In this document: positions 38,139 to 47,731 of the stretch, one piece after another
Position numbering within the stretch: the stretch's first letter is position 1
How the letters are laid out: every line of letters starts with the position of its first letter
Source of the DNA: Phycisphaerae bacterium
GTDB lineage: Bacteria > Planctomycetota > Phycisphaerae > Sedimentisphaerales > UBA12454
Length of the DNA: 64,000 nucleotides
Direction of reading: 5' to 3'
Assembly: GCA_041661665.1 (NCBI GenBank)
Contig: JBAZTW010000006.1
Span: 3,711-67,710 of the forward strand
The notes under the pieces: model-generated
Told to the model about the DNA's origin: nothing
Seen by the model: the letters and a program-made list of their open reading frames with translations, nothing else
Database searches by the model: none
Translations under genes and position numbers: made by a program

Positions 38139-40568
38139 TTATTCTGCGGATTTCTTTTTTGGTTTTGCTGGTTTCTTCTCAGTCGTCTTTTTTTCGGCTG
38201 GAGTTTTCGATGCTGATTTTTTATCTCTGCCTAAAAGCGTATCGGCCTCGGCGAGGGTCTTCGGCGGCCACTGACCTTTTGCCTGCAAATCCTTTAAATT
38301 CTCAATCTGTTTGAAGCTTACAATCGTTCTGCATCGCGGGAATTTATTGCAGCCGAGGAATGGTCCTTTTTTGCTTTGTCTTATAACCAGCTCACCCTTT
38401 TCGCATTTGTAACATTTAAGGCCTGTCGGCTCGGCTGGCGGTTTGGGCGGAGCAATGTTGCCGTCCTTATCTATTTTTAATGCGGTCTTACAGGTTGGAT
38501 AATCGGAACAGCCGAGGAACGCGCCGAATCTGCTGGTCTTTTTGACCATCGGTTTGCCGCAGTTGGGGCATTTGTGTTCGGTAACTTCGGCGACAACAAT
38601 TTTGCCTTCCTTGTCACATGGAGAGGCATGTTTGCATTCAGGATAATTTGAGCAGCTAAGGAATTTGCCGTTCTTGCCAAATCTGTACACCATTGGTTTG
38701 CCGCATTTCGGGCAGATATATTCGCTGGGCGTAATCTCGGCCTTGGCGTGTTTCATTTCATCTGTCGCTTTTGCAAGCGTAAGTTTGAACGGGTCATAAA
38801 ATTCGTGAAGGACTTTCACCCAGTCCAAATGCTGCTCCTCAATTTTATCAAGCTGCTCTTCCATATATCGCGTGAAAGCAATATCCATTATCTGCGGGAA
38901 GAACTCGCTGAGCTTGTCGGTAACGACTTCGCCGATATCGGTCGGGGAAAATTGCCGCTCGTTCTGCTCGACGTAGCCCCTGTCCTGAATCGTACTGATA
39001 ATCGAAGCGTAGGTACTCGGCCTGCCGATGCCTTCTTTTTCAAGAGCCTTGACTAACGACGCTTCGTTATAACGAGCGGGCGGTTTTGTAAAATGCTGCT
39101 GGGCATCTATATCAATAGCGGCAACCTTGTCGCCCTTCTTTACCGCGACAAGCTGCTGGTCGGCGGAACCCGTCAGCCAGATTTTTGTAAAGCCGTCAAA
39201 GACAAGCGTTCTGCCCTGCGCCTTGTAGAGGCATTTGCCTGTGTTCGTGTCAGCGGTAATTTCAAGCGTTGTTGTGTTCCACTGCGCTGCGGCCATTTGT
39301 GATGCGACGAATCTGCGCCAAATCATTTGATAAAGTTTGTATTGCTCATCGGTGAGCAAATCCTTTATCTGTTCAGGCACGATGTCAACATCGGTTGGCC
39401 TGATTGCTTCGTGAGCCTGCTGAGCATTTTTGCCGGACGAATAGAAATTCGGTTTTTCAGGCAGATATTCTTTGCCAATATTATTGCCAATGTATCTGCG
39501 GGCATCATTGAGAGCCTCGCCGGACAAATGCGTACTGTCTGTTCGCATATATGTAATCAGGCCGAGCGTGCCCATCGAGCCTAAATCAATACCTTCGTAT
39601 AATTGCTGAGCGATTCGCATTGTCCTCTTTGCGGCAAAGCCAAGTCTGTTGGAGGCTGACTGCTGAAGCGTTGATGTGATAAAAGGCGCCGTAGGACGCG
39701 AACTTGAGCTTTTTTCGATAATGTCCGTTACGACAAAGGCTGCGGTTTGCAGAGCCTGATGAATTTTCTTCGCATGTTCGGCGTTGTCTGCGGAAAAAGT
39801 TTTGCCATCGACCGATGAAAGTTCCGCGTTAAACGCACTATGCGCGGCAAGCCACTCATTTTGTTCCGCAATGGTCGGACCTTTATCCTTATCATCTTTT
39901 TGGCCGATAAATTCCTGCCATTGTTTAATCAATTGATTTTGCTGAGCAAGCTGATTAGTGAACACAGCGGGTATGAGCCAATATTCTATTGGTATAAACG
40001 CGCGAATTTCACGTTCACGTTCGACAACCATTTTTACAGCAACCGACTGGACACGACCTGCCGACAGGCCGCGAGCAACTTTTTTCCACAATAACGGACT
40101 AATTTGATAGCCGACGATGCGGTCGAGGATTCTTCTTGCCTGCTGAGCATTTACTTTATCGATATCGATTTTGCCCGGCGCGGCAAAGGCATCCTGAATC
40201 GCTTTTTTGGTAATGGCGTTGAAAATGACGCGATTAGTTCTTTCTTCCGGCACGCCGAGTGTCTGCGCCAGGTGCCAGGCGATGGCCTCTCCCTCACGGT
40301 CCAAGTCTGTCGCCAGATAGAGCATATTGCAGTTTTTGGCGGCAGCCTTTAATGTGCCGACCAACTTTTTTCTGCCTTCGGTGATTTCGTAGGTAGGCTC
40401 AAAATTATTTTCGAGGTTCACGCACAGACCGGTCGAGGGAAGGTCGCGAACATGCCCCATTGAGGCGTGGACGATGAAATCATCGCCAAGATATTTATTT
40501 ATAGTCTTCGCCTTTGCGGGCGATTCAACGATAACAAGATTTTTCGATGCTGAATTCTTTTTTGCCAT
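38139..40568 (-). CDS. topA: DNA topoisomerase I
   Basis: TOPRIM N-terminus (LVIVESPAKAKTI), active-site Tyr region (GLITYMRTDS), four C-terminal CxxC zinc ribbons and a Lys-rich tail. ATG 40568 is preferred over 40607. Confidence 0.97.
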   Translation of the reverse strand: MAKKNSASKNLVIVESPAKAKTINKYLGDDFIVHASMGHVRDLPSTGLCVNLENNFEPTYEITEGRKKLVGTLKAAAKNCNMLYLATDLDREGEAIAWHLAQTLGVPEERTNRVIFNAITKKAIQDAFAAPGKIDIDKVNAQQARRILDRIVGYQISPLLWKKVARGLSAGRVQSVAVKMVVEREREIRAFIPIEYWLIPAVFTNQLAQQNQLIKQWQEFIGQKDDKDKGPTIAEQNEWLAAHSAFNAELSSVDGKTFSADNAEHAKKIHQALQTAAFVVTDIIEKSSSSRPTAPFITSTLQQSASNRLGFAAKRTMRIAQQLYEGIDLGSMGTLGLITYMRTDSTHLSGEALNDARRYIGNNIGKEYLPEKPNFYSSGKNAQQAHEAIRPTDVDIVPEQIKDLLTDEQYKLYQMIWRRFVASQMAAAQWNTTTLEITADTNTGKCLYKAQGRTLVFDGFTKIWLTGSADQQLVAVKKGDKVAAIDIDAQQHFTKPPARYNEASLVKALEKEGIGRPSTYASIISTIQDRGYVEQNERQFSPTDIGEVVTDKLSEFFPQIMDIAFTRYMEEQLDKIEEQHLDWVKVLHEFYDPFKLTLAKATDEMKHAKAEITPSEYICPKCGKPMVYRFGKNGKFLSCSNYPECKHASPCDKEGKIVVAEVTEHKCPNCGKPMVKKTSRFGAFLGCSDYPTCKTALKIDKDGNIAPPKPPAEPTGLKCYKCEKGELVIRQSKKGPFLGCNKFPRCRTIVSFKQIENLKDLQAKGQWPPKTLAEADTLLGRDKKSASKTPAEKKTTEKKPAKPKKKSAE

Positions 40569-40738
40569 AAGATAAGGAGAGATACAAACAGATACTGATA
40601 TTGTCAAGAAAAAATGGTTTTTATCCCCAAATATCGGGCATAATCCGTAGTTTTAGAGATTTTTCGGCGGGATATTTGCACAAGGAGGCATTTAATTCGT
40701 ATTATTTATAGGAAAGATAAAATATAGGAGGGTTAAAC

Positions 40739-40957
40739 ATGAATATGACCTTTGACATAAAGAGATTTGACCAAAGAATGCATCATTGGGAACATGATTT
40801 GCTGATTTCGTCGGAAAAACTAATGCATAGCGAGGTTTTCTGGGCGATGATAATTGTCGGTGCTTTTGTGGCGTTGATGATTCTTCTGGCAGTGTTCGCT
40901 CCGGCTGGAACAAGGCCGATACATCCGTATCCGCTGCCAGGTTTTCCGATGTATTAA
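40739..40957 (+). CDS. Small single-TM membrane protein (hypothetical)
   Basis: 72 aa. A strong SD (AGGAGGG) lies 6 nt before the ATG, and there is one TM (VFWAMIIVGAFVALMILLAVFA). Its 3' end overlaps the convergent rdgB stop by 4 nt. Confidence 0.5.
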   Translation: MNMTFDIKRFDQRMHHWEHDLLISSEKLMHSEVFWAMIIVGAFVALMILLAVFAPAGTRPIHPYPLPGFPMY

Positions 40958-41568
40958 GGCAGAAGCTGCGTGAACAAACGGTTGAAGTTCCTGATGGCGT
41001 TGGCTCTATGGGAAATTTGATTTTTTTCTTCATTTGACAGTTGAGCAACGGTTTTGCTTGATGCCGGCACAATGAAAAGCGGGTCATAACCAAAGCCGTT
41101 GCTTCCTTTTTGGGTTCGGCCAATAACGCCTTCGAGAAATCCATACGTTTCAATGAGAACTTTTTCTGGAGCCGCAAGACAGACCGAACAGACAAATCTT
41201 GCGGTTCTTTTTTCATCCGGCACATCTTTCAGAAGGCCAAGCAGTTTAGCCATATTTTTATGGTCGAGCAAACCTCTGTTCTTTTCCTTTTCACCACTAA
41301 ATCTCGCTGAATTTACTCCAGGTGCGCCATCGAGAGCATCAACCATCAAACCGGAATCGTCAGCGATTGTCCAAAGGCCGGTCTGCTTTGCATAGCCGAG
41401 GGCTTTTTTGCGAGCGTTTTCTGCGAAAGTTTGCCCATCTTCTTCCACTTCAGTTATATTCGGAAAATCAGCAAGACTGAACCATTCAACATCCGCATTT
41501 AGCATAGCGGAAAGTTCTTTCATCTTGCCGGGATTTGTAGTTGCAACGAGGATTTTTCTTTTCACCAC
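40954..41568 (-). CDS. rdgB: dITP/XTP pyrophosphatase (RdgB/HAM1)
   Basis: ILVATTNPGKMKEL, FGYDPLF and SHRA motifs. The only plausible starts are the GTG GTG at 41568/41565, which lie inside the CACAGAG-family repeat. Confidence 0.85.
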   Translation of the reverse strand: MVKRKILVATTNPGKMKELSAMLNADVEWFSLADFPNITEVEEDGQTFAENARKKALGYAKQTGLWTIADDSGLMVDALDGAPGVNSARFSGEKEKNRGLLDHKNMAKLLGLLKDVPDEKRTARFVCSVCLAAPEKVLIETYGFLEGVIGRTQKGSNGFGYDPLFIVPASSKTVAQLSNEEKNQISHRANAIRNFNRLFTQLLP

Positions 41569-41590
41569 AGAGACACCGAGAAAAATAGAG
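41562..41590. repeat. Left inverted repeat of the GxxExxY cassette (CACAGAG family)
   Basis: tcaccacagagacaccgagaaaaatagag ends 1 nt before the GxxExxY stop codon. Confidence 0.75.
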
Positions 41591-41977
41591 TTATAAAACA
41601 AATCTTTTTATGCCATCTCTCAAAAGACGAACATTGAAATTTATCAAAAGGCCTGTATGCATACCAGCGAGTTTCATATATGTCAAAAGCTGTGCCTCAT
41701 AAATAGGCAGGATAACATCAACGGATTTTAGTTCTACAATTAATTTGTTCTCGACCAGTATGTCTATCCTGTAGCTGCAATCAAGGTCGATACCTTTGTA
41801 CTTTACCGGTAATTCTTTTTGAACGGTATGGTCGATATTATTAGCCGACAACTCAAAAGAGAAACATTTTTCATATGCGGACTCCAGCAGACCTGGGCCA
41901 AGGCCACGATGAACCTCTATGGCACAGCCGATAACTCGGCCGGTCAACTCATCGTAATCTTTTGTATTGCTCTGCAT
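41591..41977 (-). CDS. GxxExxY protein (PD-(D/E)XK nuclease-fold family)
   Basis: 128 aa with GLLESAYEKCF (GxxExxY), IDILVENKLIVELKS and GLLINFN, as in the GxxExxY family. Confidence 0.8.
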   Translation of the reverse strand: MQSNTKDYDELTGRVIGCAIEVHRGLGPGLLESAYEKCFSFELSANNIDHTVQKELPVKYKGIDLDCSYRIDILVENKLIVELKSVDVILPIYEAQLLTYMKLAGMHTGLLINFNVRLLRDGIKRFVL

Positions 41978-41980
41978 AAA

Positions 41981-42024
41981 TCTATTTATTTTCTCTCTGT
42001 GTTTCTCTGTGCCTCTGTGGTGAG
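41981..42024. repeat. Right inverted repeat of the GxxExxY cassette (CACAGAG family)
   Basis: The reverse complement reads ctcaccacagaggcacagagaaacacagagagaaaataaataga. Its first 19 nt match the left arm with 2 mismatches. It starts 4 nt after the GxxExxY start codon. Confidence 0.75.
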
Positions 42025-42028
42025 CGTT

Positions 42029-42937
42029 TTAACTCATCAATTTTTTCAGCAAGGCACGCTGGAAGTGGAGACGGTTCTCGGCCTGGTCAAAGACAATCGA
42101 GTTTGGACATTCCATCGCTTCATCGCTAATCTCAAAGCCGCGATACGCAGGCAGGCAATGCATAATTTTCGCGTTCGGAGCTATCGCCATAAGCGCACCA
42201 TCAACAGCAAAGCCCTGAAAATCAGCAATTCTTTTTGCCTTCTCGTCTTCCTGACCCATACTAATCCAGGTATCAGTGTAAATCACATCGGCATCTTTAA
42301 CGGCCTGCTGTGGATTATTGGTCTGTGCCGTCGTATTTGCGACAACTTCGTTAGTCCGGCTGATTGACCGCTCGTCAAGTTCATAACCCTTTGGAGAAGC
42401 AATAACAAGTTTCATCCCGAGCTTTGCGCAGGCAAAGGCAAGCGAGCGGGCAACATTATTGCCGTCGCCGATGTACGCGATTTTAACGCCTTTCAATTTG
42501 CCGAGGTGTTCGCGGATTGTCTGAATGTCCGCCATCGCCTGGCAGGGATGCGACCAGTCGGTCAAAGCGTTTATAACAGGAATGTCAGAAAACTTCGCAA
42601 GCTCGATAACCGTTTCGTGCGCGAAAGTCCTTGCCATAATGCCCTCGGCATATCGGCTCAAAACACGCGCCATATCCTTAATCGGCTCACGTTTGCCGAT
42701 TCCGCCGATATCTTCAGGTTTGACATATATTGCGTTTCCGCCGAGCTGGGTCATTGCAATCTGAAAGCTCATTCGTGTTCGCAGCGATGGTTTTTCAAAA
42801 AGCATAACCAGACTCTTGCCGGCAAGGCATTTATCCTGTTTGCCTTTCTGGTAAAATTTCTTGAGCTTGTCGCTTAAGTCGAGAAGTTCGAGAAGTTCAT
42901 CAGTATTGCAACTGCTAACCGAAAGAAAATCCTTCAT
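42029..42937 (-). CDS. argF: Ornithine carbamoyltransferase
   Basis: SLRTR, HPCQ and HCLP motifs; clustered with argD and argB. Confidence 0.9.
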   Translation of the reverse strand: MKDFLSVSSCNTDELLELLDLSDKLKKFYQKGKQDKCLAGKSLVMLFEKPSLRTRMSFQIAMTQLGGNAIYVKPEDIGGIGKREPIKDMARVLSRYAEGIMARTFAHETVIELAKFSDIPVINALTDWSHPCQAMADIQTIREHLGKLKGVKIAYIGDGNNVARSLAFACAKLGMKLVIASPKGYELDERSISRTNEVVANTTAQTNNPQQAVKDADVIYTDTWISMGQEDEKAKRIADFQGFAVDGALMAIAPNAKIMHCLPAYRGFEISDEAMECPNSIVFDQAENRLHFQRALLKKLMS

Positions 42938-43027
42938 AGTTCACCTGTTAAAAAACATACCGCTCCATTACTGTCGCGGCTCTGAAACCCCCAGCATAAA
43001 GCCGGGGGCTAACTACCATAGAAAAAA

Positions 43028-44206
43028 TTATAAACTTTTTAAAACGCTGTCGAGAATTTTTATGGCCTTGTCAATTTCGCTCGCCTTGACATTCATCGCA
43101 GGCATAAAACGCAAAACCGTATCCTGTGTACAATTTATCCGAAGACCTTTTTCGAGGCATTTTGAAACAATTTCCGCTCCGGGCGATTTCAACTGAATGC
43201 CAATCATCAGGCCTTTGCCGCGAATGTGGTCGATTATATCATATTTCTTTTTCAACTGATTGAGCTTGTCGGAAGCATACTTGCCCATCTTTTGAGAATT
43301 TTCAATCATCGCTTCTTCATCAATCGCTTCAATCGTCGCGACCGCAGCGGCACAGGCGATACAGTTTCCGCCAAATGTCGAAGCGTGCGTGCCAGGCACA
43401 AGCGAAGCGGCAATTTCCGGTTTGGCCATCATAGCGCCGATAGCAGCGCCGCCGCCAAGTGTCTTTGCCAATGTGATAATGTCAGGCACAATGTCGTAAT
43501 GCTGATAGCCGAACCATTTGCCGGTTCTGCCCATTCCGGTTTGTACTTCGTCGAGAATCATTCTTGCGCCGTTCTTGTCGCAAAGCTGACGAATCGCCCG
43601 CATATATTCCGGGGTTGCGACGTGAACGCCGCCCTCGCCCTGAATAGGCTCAATCATCACACCGGCGACTTCATCATCAAATGCTTTGGTCATCGCGTCA
43701 ATATCGTTGAAAGGCACATAGATAAAGCCCGGCACAACAGGTTGAAAAGCCTCAAATTTTTTCGGTTGAGCCGTAGCGGTCATCGCGCCAAATGTTCTGC
43801 CGTGAAAACTGCCTAACGTCGTTATGTATTTATATTTTTTCTTTTCCGTCGAAATTCGAGCCAGCTTCAATGCGGCTTCATTGGCCTCTGCGCCGCTGTT
43901 GCAGAAAAAGCATTTGCCGCCAAATGCACGTTCGCTGAGCATTTGAGCAAGTTTCCCCTGAAGCTCTGTATAAAAGGTGTTATCCATATGCAGCAGAAGT
44001 TTTGCCTGCTGCTGAATGGCTTTTACGACCTTTGGATGGCAGTGGCCTATGCCGCTGACCGCCCAGCCGGGGAACAAGTCAAGGATTTTATTGCCGTCGA
44101 GGTCATATATATAGCTGCCTTTGCCTTTGGTTATAACCCGCGGCAATCGGCTGTAATTGCCAATCACATATTTTCCAAAAACATCTATCACTTCCTGAGT
44201 AGTCAT
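43028..44206 (-). CDS. argD: Acetylornithine aminotransferase (class III PLP aminotransferase)
   Basis: 392 aa with GSFHGRT, DEVQTGMGRTG and a PLP-Lys context (ITLAKTLGGG). Confidence 0.85.
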   Translation of the reverse strand: MTTQEVIDVFGKYVIGNYSRLPRVITKGKGSYIYDLDGNKILDLFPGWAVSGIGHCHPKVVKAIQQQAKLLLHMDNTFYTELQGKLAQMLSERAFGGKCFFCNSGAEANEAALKLARISTEKKKYKYITTLGSFHGRTFGAMTATAQPKKFEAFQPVVPGFIYVPFNDIDAMTKAFDDEVAGVMIEPIQGEGGVHVATPEYMRAIRQLCDKNGARMILDEVQTGMGRTGKWFGYQHYDIVPDIITLAKTLGGGAAIGAMMAKPEIAASLVPGTHASTFGGNCIACAAAVATIEAIDEEAMIENSQKMGKYASDKLNQLKKKYDIIDHIRGKGLMIGIQLKSPGAEIVSKCLEKGLRINCTQDTVLRFMPAMNVKASEIDKAIKILDSVLKSL

Positions 44207-44235
44207 TTCTATTATTCTTCCTTATTAAAAAAGCC

Positions 44236-44290
44236 ATCGGCCATCAGGCCGATTCCATAATTTTGATTTTTTATTTTTAATCTTTGATTT
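44236..44290. repeat. Composite repeat between argB and argD: hairpin + TCCATAATTTT + T-rich words
   Basis: atcggcc-atca-ggccgat tccataattttgattttttatttttaatctttgatttt. On the mRNA (minus) strand the hairpin is followed by GGCUUUUUU. Confidence 0.7.
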
Positions 44291-45186
44291 TACTTTACTA
44301 TCTGCGTTCCAATGCCTTCTTCGGTGTAAATTTCCAAAAGCAGCGAATGCTCAATTCTGCCATCTATAATATGAGCCTTGCCTACGCCGCCTTCGAGAGC
44401 GACTATACAGGCCTCAACCTTCGGCAGCATACCGGCAGTAATAATGCCAGTCTCAATCATTTTCTTTATCTCCGCTTCAGTTGCGCTGGAGATTCGAGTT
44501 TCCGGGTCGTTCACATCGGTACGAATGCCGTGAGTATCGCTGACGGAGACGATTTTCTCCGCTTCAACAGCGGAAGCGATTTTGCCCGCCGCAGTGTCTG
44601 CGTTGATGTTCAGTTTGCCGCCGGCCCGGTCAATCGCAATCGGAGCGATGACGGGGATTGTCCCGCTTGCGCAAATTGTTTTGAGCAACTGGCCATTGAC
44701 GGATTTTACTTCGCCGACCAAACCAAGGTCGATTCTTTTGCCGGCAGAGTCAACTAACCGCAAAAGCTCGCCGAATAATACGCAACTGCTGAGCGAATGA
44801 AGCCCCATCGCATTACAGCCAAGCTGCTTTATCGTCTCGCAGATTGGCGTATTTATATCGTGAATCAGGGTATGTTCGACAATCGCCATTATGTGTTCGT
44901 CGGTATAGCGTCTGCCGTTGACCCATTGGGGTTCAAGGCCGGACTCATTCATCGCTCGAGTGATGGCTTTGCCGCCGCCGTGGACGAGGACCGGCTGAAT
45001 ACCCACGGTCGCCATAAAAACGACATCTTTTAGCAGTTTTTTCTGCAAATCGAGATCGTCTAAGACGCTGCCGCCGAGCTTAACCACAACTATTTTACCC
45101 CTGAACAGGCGGATGTACTCCATCGCCTCGACAAGAGCTTGCGCTTTTTCAATCGCTCTTTCCAATTCTATACTCCTGAAAATCAA
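44290..45186 (-). CDS. argB: Acetylglutamate kinase
   Basis: 298 aa with VVKLGGS, VLVHGGG and the amino-acid-kinase fold pattern. Confidence 0.93.
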   Translation of the reverse strand: MIFRSIELERAIEKAQALVEAMEYIRLFRGKIVVVKLGGSVLDDLDLQKKLLKDVVFMATVGIQPVLVHGGGKAITRAMNESGLEPQWVNGRRYTDEHIMAIVEHTLIHDINTPICETIKQLGCNAMGLHSLSSCVLFGELLRLVDSAGKRIDLGLVGEVKSVNGQLLKTICASGTIPVIAPIAIDRAGGKLNINADTAAGKIASAVEAEKIVSVSDTHGIRTDVNDPETRISSATEAEIKKMIETGIITAGMLPKVEACIVALEGGVGKAHIIDGRIEHSLLLEIYTEEGIGTQIVK

Positions 45187-45216
45187 CTAAACCGGAAACG
45201 GCCAATTATATATAGG

Positions 45217-45296
45217 TTAGTAGTCAATAGTCAATAGACAGTAGAAAAAAGCTCCGCCAAAGACGAGTCAAATTCCTACTGACTATTGACTACTAA
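45217..45296. repeat. 80-nt imperfect palindrome built from TAGTCAATAG/CTACTGAC words, overlapping the ftsY stop codon
   Basis: The left arm is ttagtagtcaatagtcaatagacagtag (45217-45244). The right arm is ctactgactattgactactaa (45276-45296); its reverse complement is ttagtagtcaatagtcagtag. The ftsY stop codon TAG (45293-45295) lies in the right arm. Confidence 0.75.
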
Positions 45297-46216
45297 TTGA
45301 ACAGCGCTTCGACGAAGGTATCGGGGTCGAACTCGGCTATATCCTCAGGTTTTTCGCCTAAACCGACGAATTTGACGGGAATATCGAGCTGGTCTTTTAT
45401 GGCGATGACGATTCCGCCGCGAGCCGTGCCGTCGAGTTTAGCAAGGAATATGCCGGTAACCTGAACAGCCTCCATAAACTTTTTGGCCTGCATAATGGCG
45501 TTTTGGCCGGTAGTAGCGTCAAGAACAAGCAAAACTTCGTGCGGAGAGTCGGGAATCTGCTTTGTGATTACAGTACGGATTTTGGTCAATTCCTGCATCA
45601 GGTTTTTCTGCGTGTGCAATCGGCCTGCGGTATCGATAATCAGATAATCGGCTTTTCTGGCAACCGCCGCGGAGCAGGCATCGAAGGCGACCGCTGCCGG
45701 GTCTGCGCCGGAAGCGTGCTTGACGATTTCAACACCGATGCGTCCTGCCCATATCGTTAGTTGCTCAACCGCTGCCGCGCGGAATGTATCGCAGGCGGCA
45801 ACGATAACTTTTTCACCATTTCGGCTGAGAACATAAGCGAGTTTGGCGATACTTGTGGTTTTGCCGGAGCCGTTCACACCGGAGACAAGAATTACCGTTG
45901 TACCGGATGCCGCTGTATTAAGTTTGCGGTTCTGATGCGGCCAATAGTCCTTCATACATTCCTTTAAGAATGGAATGATGTCGTCTGTCTTTGCGATTTT
46001 TTTGCTTTTGTAAGCCGCTCGCAGGTCGGTAATGAGCTTATCTGTCGTTTCTACGCCGATGTCATCGCTGATGAGAGTTTCTTCCAATTTGTCTAAAAGT
46101 GAATCGTCAATGTCTCTGCCGAAAGTCAGAACGCTGGCCAGCGACGATTTGATTTTGTCGCGGGTCTTGCCCAAATGGCCCTTAATATAGTCCAGCGTCT
46201 TGGTAAAAATACCCAT
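45293..46216 (-). CDS. ftsY: Signal recognition particle receptor FtsY
   Basis: [14 protein letters not shown] and [10 protein letters not shown]. This is the short form with NG domains only. Confidence 0.95.
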   Translation of the reverse strand: MGIFTKTLDYIKGHLGKTRDKIKSSLASVLTFGRDIDDSLLDKLEETLISDDIGVETTDKLITDLRAAYKSKKIAKTDDIIPFLKECMKDYWPHQNRKLNTAASGTTVILVSGVNGSGKTTSIAKLAYVLSRNGEKVIVAACDTFRAAAVEQLTIWAGRIGVEIVKHASGADPAAVAFDACSAAVARKADYLIIDTAGRLHTQKNLMQELTKIRTVITKQIPDSPHEVLLVLDATTGQNAIMQAKKFMEAVQVTGIFLAKLDGTARGGIVIAIKDQLDIPVKFVGLGEKPEDIAEFDPDTFVEALFN

Positions 46217-46435
46217 AATAGCTCCAAATCATTTAATTACGTTAAGGGCGGTATTTTAACACAGATAGGAAAAAATTAAATACCAAAATGACTGATTAAA
46301 TCCTAAAAATTGGTTTTCCTTTGACAAAATCGGCCTAAAGCGGTAGTCTTTTGTCGTCAGGGACGGCATATCACAAGAAATTTAAAATTGAAAATTTAAA
46401 ACTATTGGAGTCTGCGTATAGCAGACACTTTTTAT

Positions 46436-47731
46436 ATGGCACAAAACTCACGAGAGATATTTGAAGCAATTGTCGAACGGGTTAAAGTTCTCGACCCAGC
46501 CAACAGCCGAAACTGGTTCGACAGCCTTACGGTAAAAAATTTCGGCGGCGGTATGCTCGATATCGGCTGCTCGGATTCCGAAAGCGCAGGCTTTTTGCAG
46601 GATAACTGCATCGGCAGTTTTACAAGAGCCGCTCAGCAAATCACCGGTTATCTTGTGAGTATCACCTTCGGCGTAGATACAAAAGCCCAGAAAAATAATA
46701 CTCCTCCCACTGCCCCCGGTGAAGCCCGCCTGCATCCTGATTATACTTTCGATAGTTTTGTCGTCGGCCCCGGCAATCGGCTGGCGCACGCAAGCAGTAT
46801 CGCTGTCAGCAAAACGCCAGGCACAACATACAACCCGCTGTTCATTTACGGCAGCGTCGGACTTGGCAAGACGCACCTGCTTCACGCGATATGCAGAGAA
46901 ACAAAAGCAAACATCGAAAACGCAAAAATACAATTTTTAAGCTGCGAGGAATTCGTCAACCGCTTCATCACCGCCATCGAACAGGGAACGCTTACGGAAT
47001 TTAAAAATCTTTACAGAACTGTCGATTTGCTTGTAATTGACGATGTGCAGTTTTTGAGAGAGCGGGAACAAAGTCAGGAAGAATTTTTTCATACATTCAA
47101 CGCCCTGTACGATAACCGCAGACAAATCGTCCTCAGCGCGGATTCAGCGCCCGGCGAAATACCCTCTCTACCCGAAAGACTTATCAGCAGATTCAAATGG
47201 GGTCTGGTCGTCAGAATAGATGCGCCGAGCTATGAAACGCGGGTCGCAATCGTGCAGAAAAAATCCAGGCTTCGCGGAATGGCGGTATCCGATGAAATAG
47301 CTGAGTATATCGCATCAAAAGTCAAAGCCAATATACGCGAAATCGAAGGCGCTTTGACAAGCCTTTACGCAATAGCGGCAGGCGAAGAAATTACCCTCGA
47401 AATCGCCAGAAAAGCTCTTGGCGACAAAGAATCCGCAGATAAAAACATCACCATAACAGATATCATAAAAGCCGTTACCGCATATTATGATGTCCGCCCT
47501 GCGGATTTACAGAGCAAAAAACGAAGTCAGAGCATCACAATGCCCCGGCAGGTTTGTATGTACCTTGCCCGAAGCCTAACCAACCACAGCCTTGAAGAAA
47601 TCGGCGGCCATCTCGGCGGCAGAGACCACACAACCGTTATGCACGCCTGCGGAAAAATCAGCGATATGGAACAAACTGATGACAAACTCCAATCCCAGTT
47701 AGCTGAAATCACAAGAAGAATCGCAAAATAA
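46436..47731 (+). CDS. dnaA: Chromosomal replication initiator protein DnaA
   Basis: 431 aa with Walker A (GSVGLGKTHLLHAI), box VII, and a C-terminal DNA-binding domain (MYLARSLTNHSLEEIGGHLGGRDHTTVMHA). Confidence 0.97.
   Translation: MAQNSREIFEAIVERVKVLDPANSRNWFDSLTVKNFGGGMLDIGCSDSESAGFLQDNCIGSFTRAAQQITGYLVSITFGVDTKAQKNNTPPTAPGEARLHPDYTFDSFVVGPGNRLAHASSIAVSKTPGTTYNPLFIYGSVGLGKTHLLHAICRETKANIENAKIQFLSCEEFVNRFITAIEQGTLTEFKNLYRTVDLLVIDDVQFLREREQSQEEFFHTFNALYDNRRQIVLSADSAPGEIPSLPERLISRFKWGLVVRIDAPSYETRVAIVQKKSRLRGMAVSDEIAEYIASKVKANIREIEGALTSLYAIAAGEEITLEIARKALGDKESADKNITITDIIKAVTAYYDVRPADLQSKKRSQSITMPRQVCMYLARSLTNHSLEEIGGHLGGRDHTTVMHACGKISDMEQTDDKLQSQLAEITRRIAK

Noticed and set aside
40692-41225. 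177-aa minus-strand ORF
   Set aside because: It overlaps both the well-supported rdgB gene (in a different frame) and the SD-preceded small membrane-protein gene on the other strand. It has no motifs.
46217-46435. oriC call based on the AT-rich dnaA upstream spacer
   Set aside because: No DnaA-box-like 9-mers or clustered repeats are visible, so an origin cannot be called from sequence alone.
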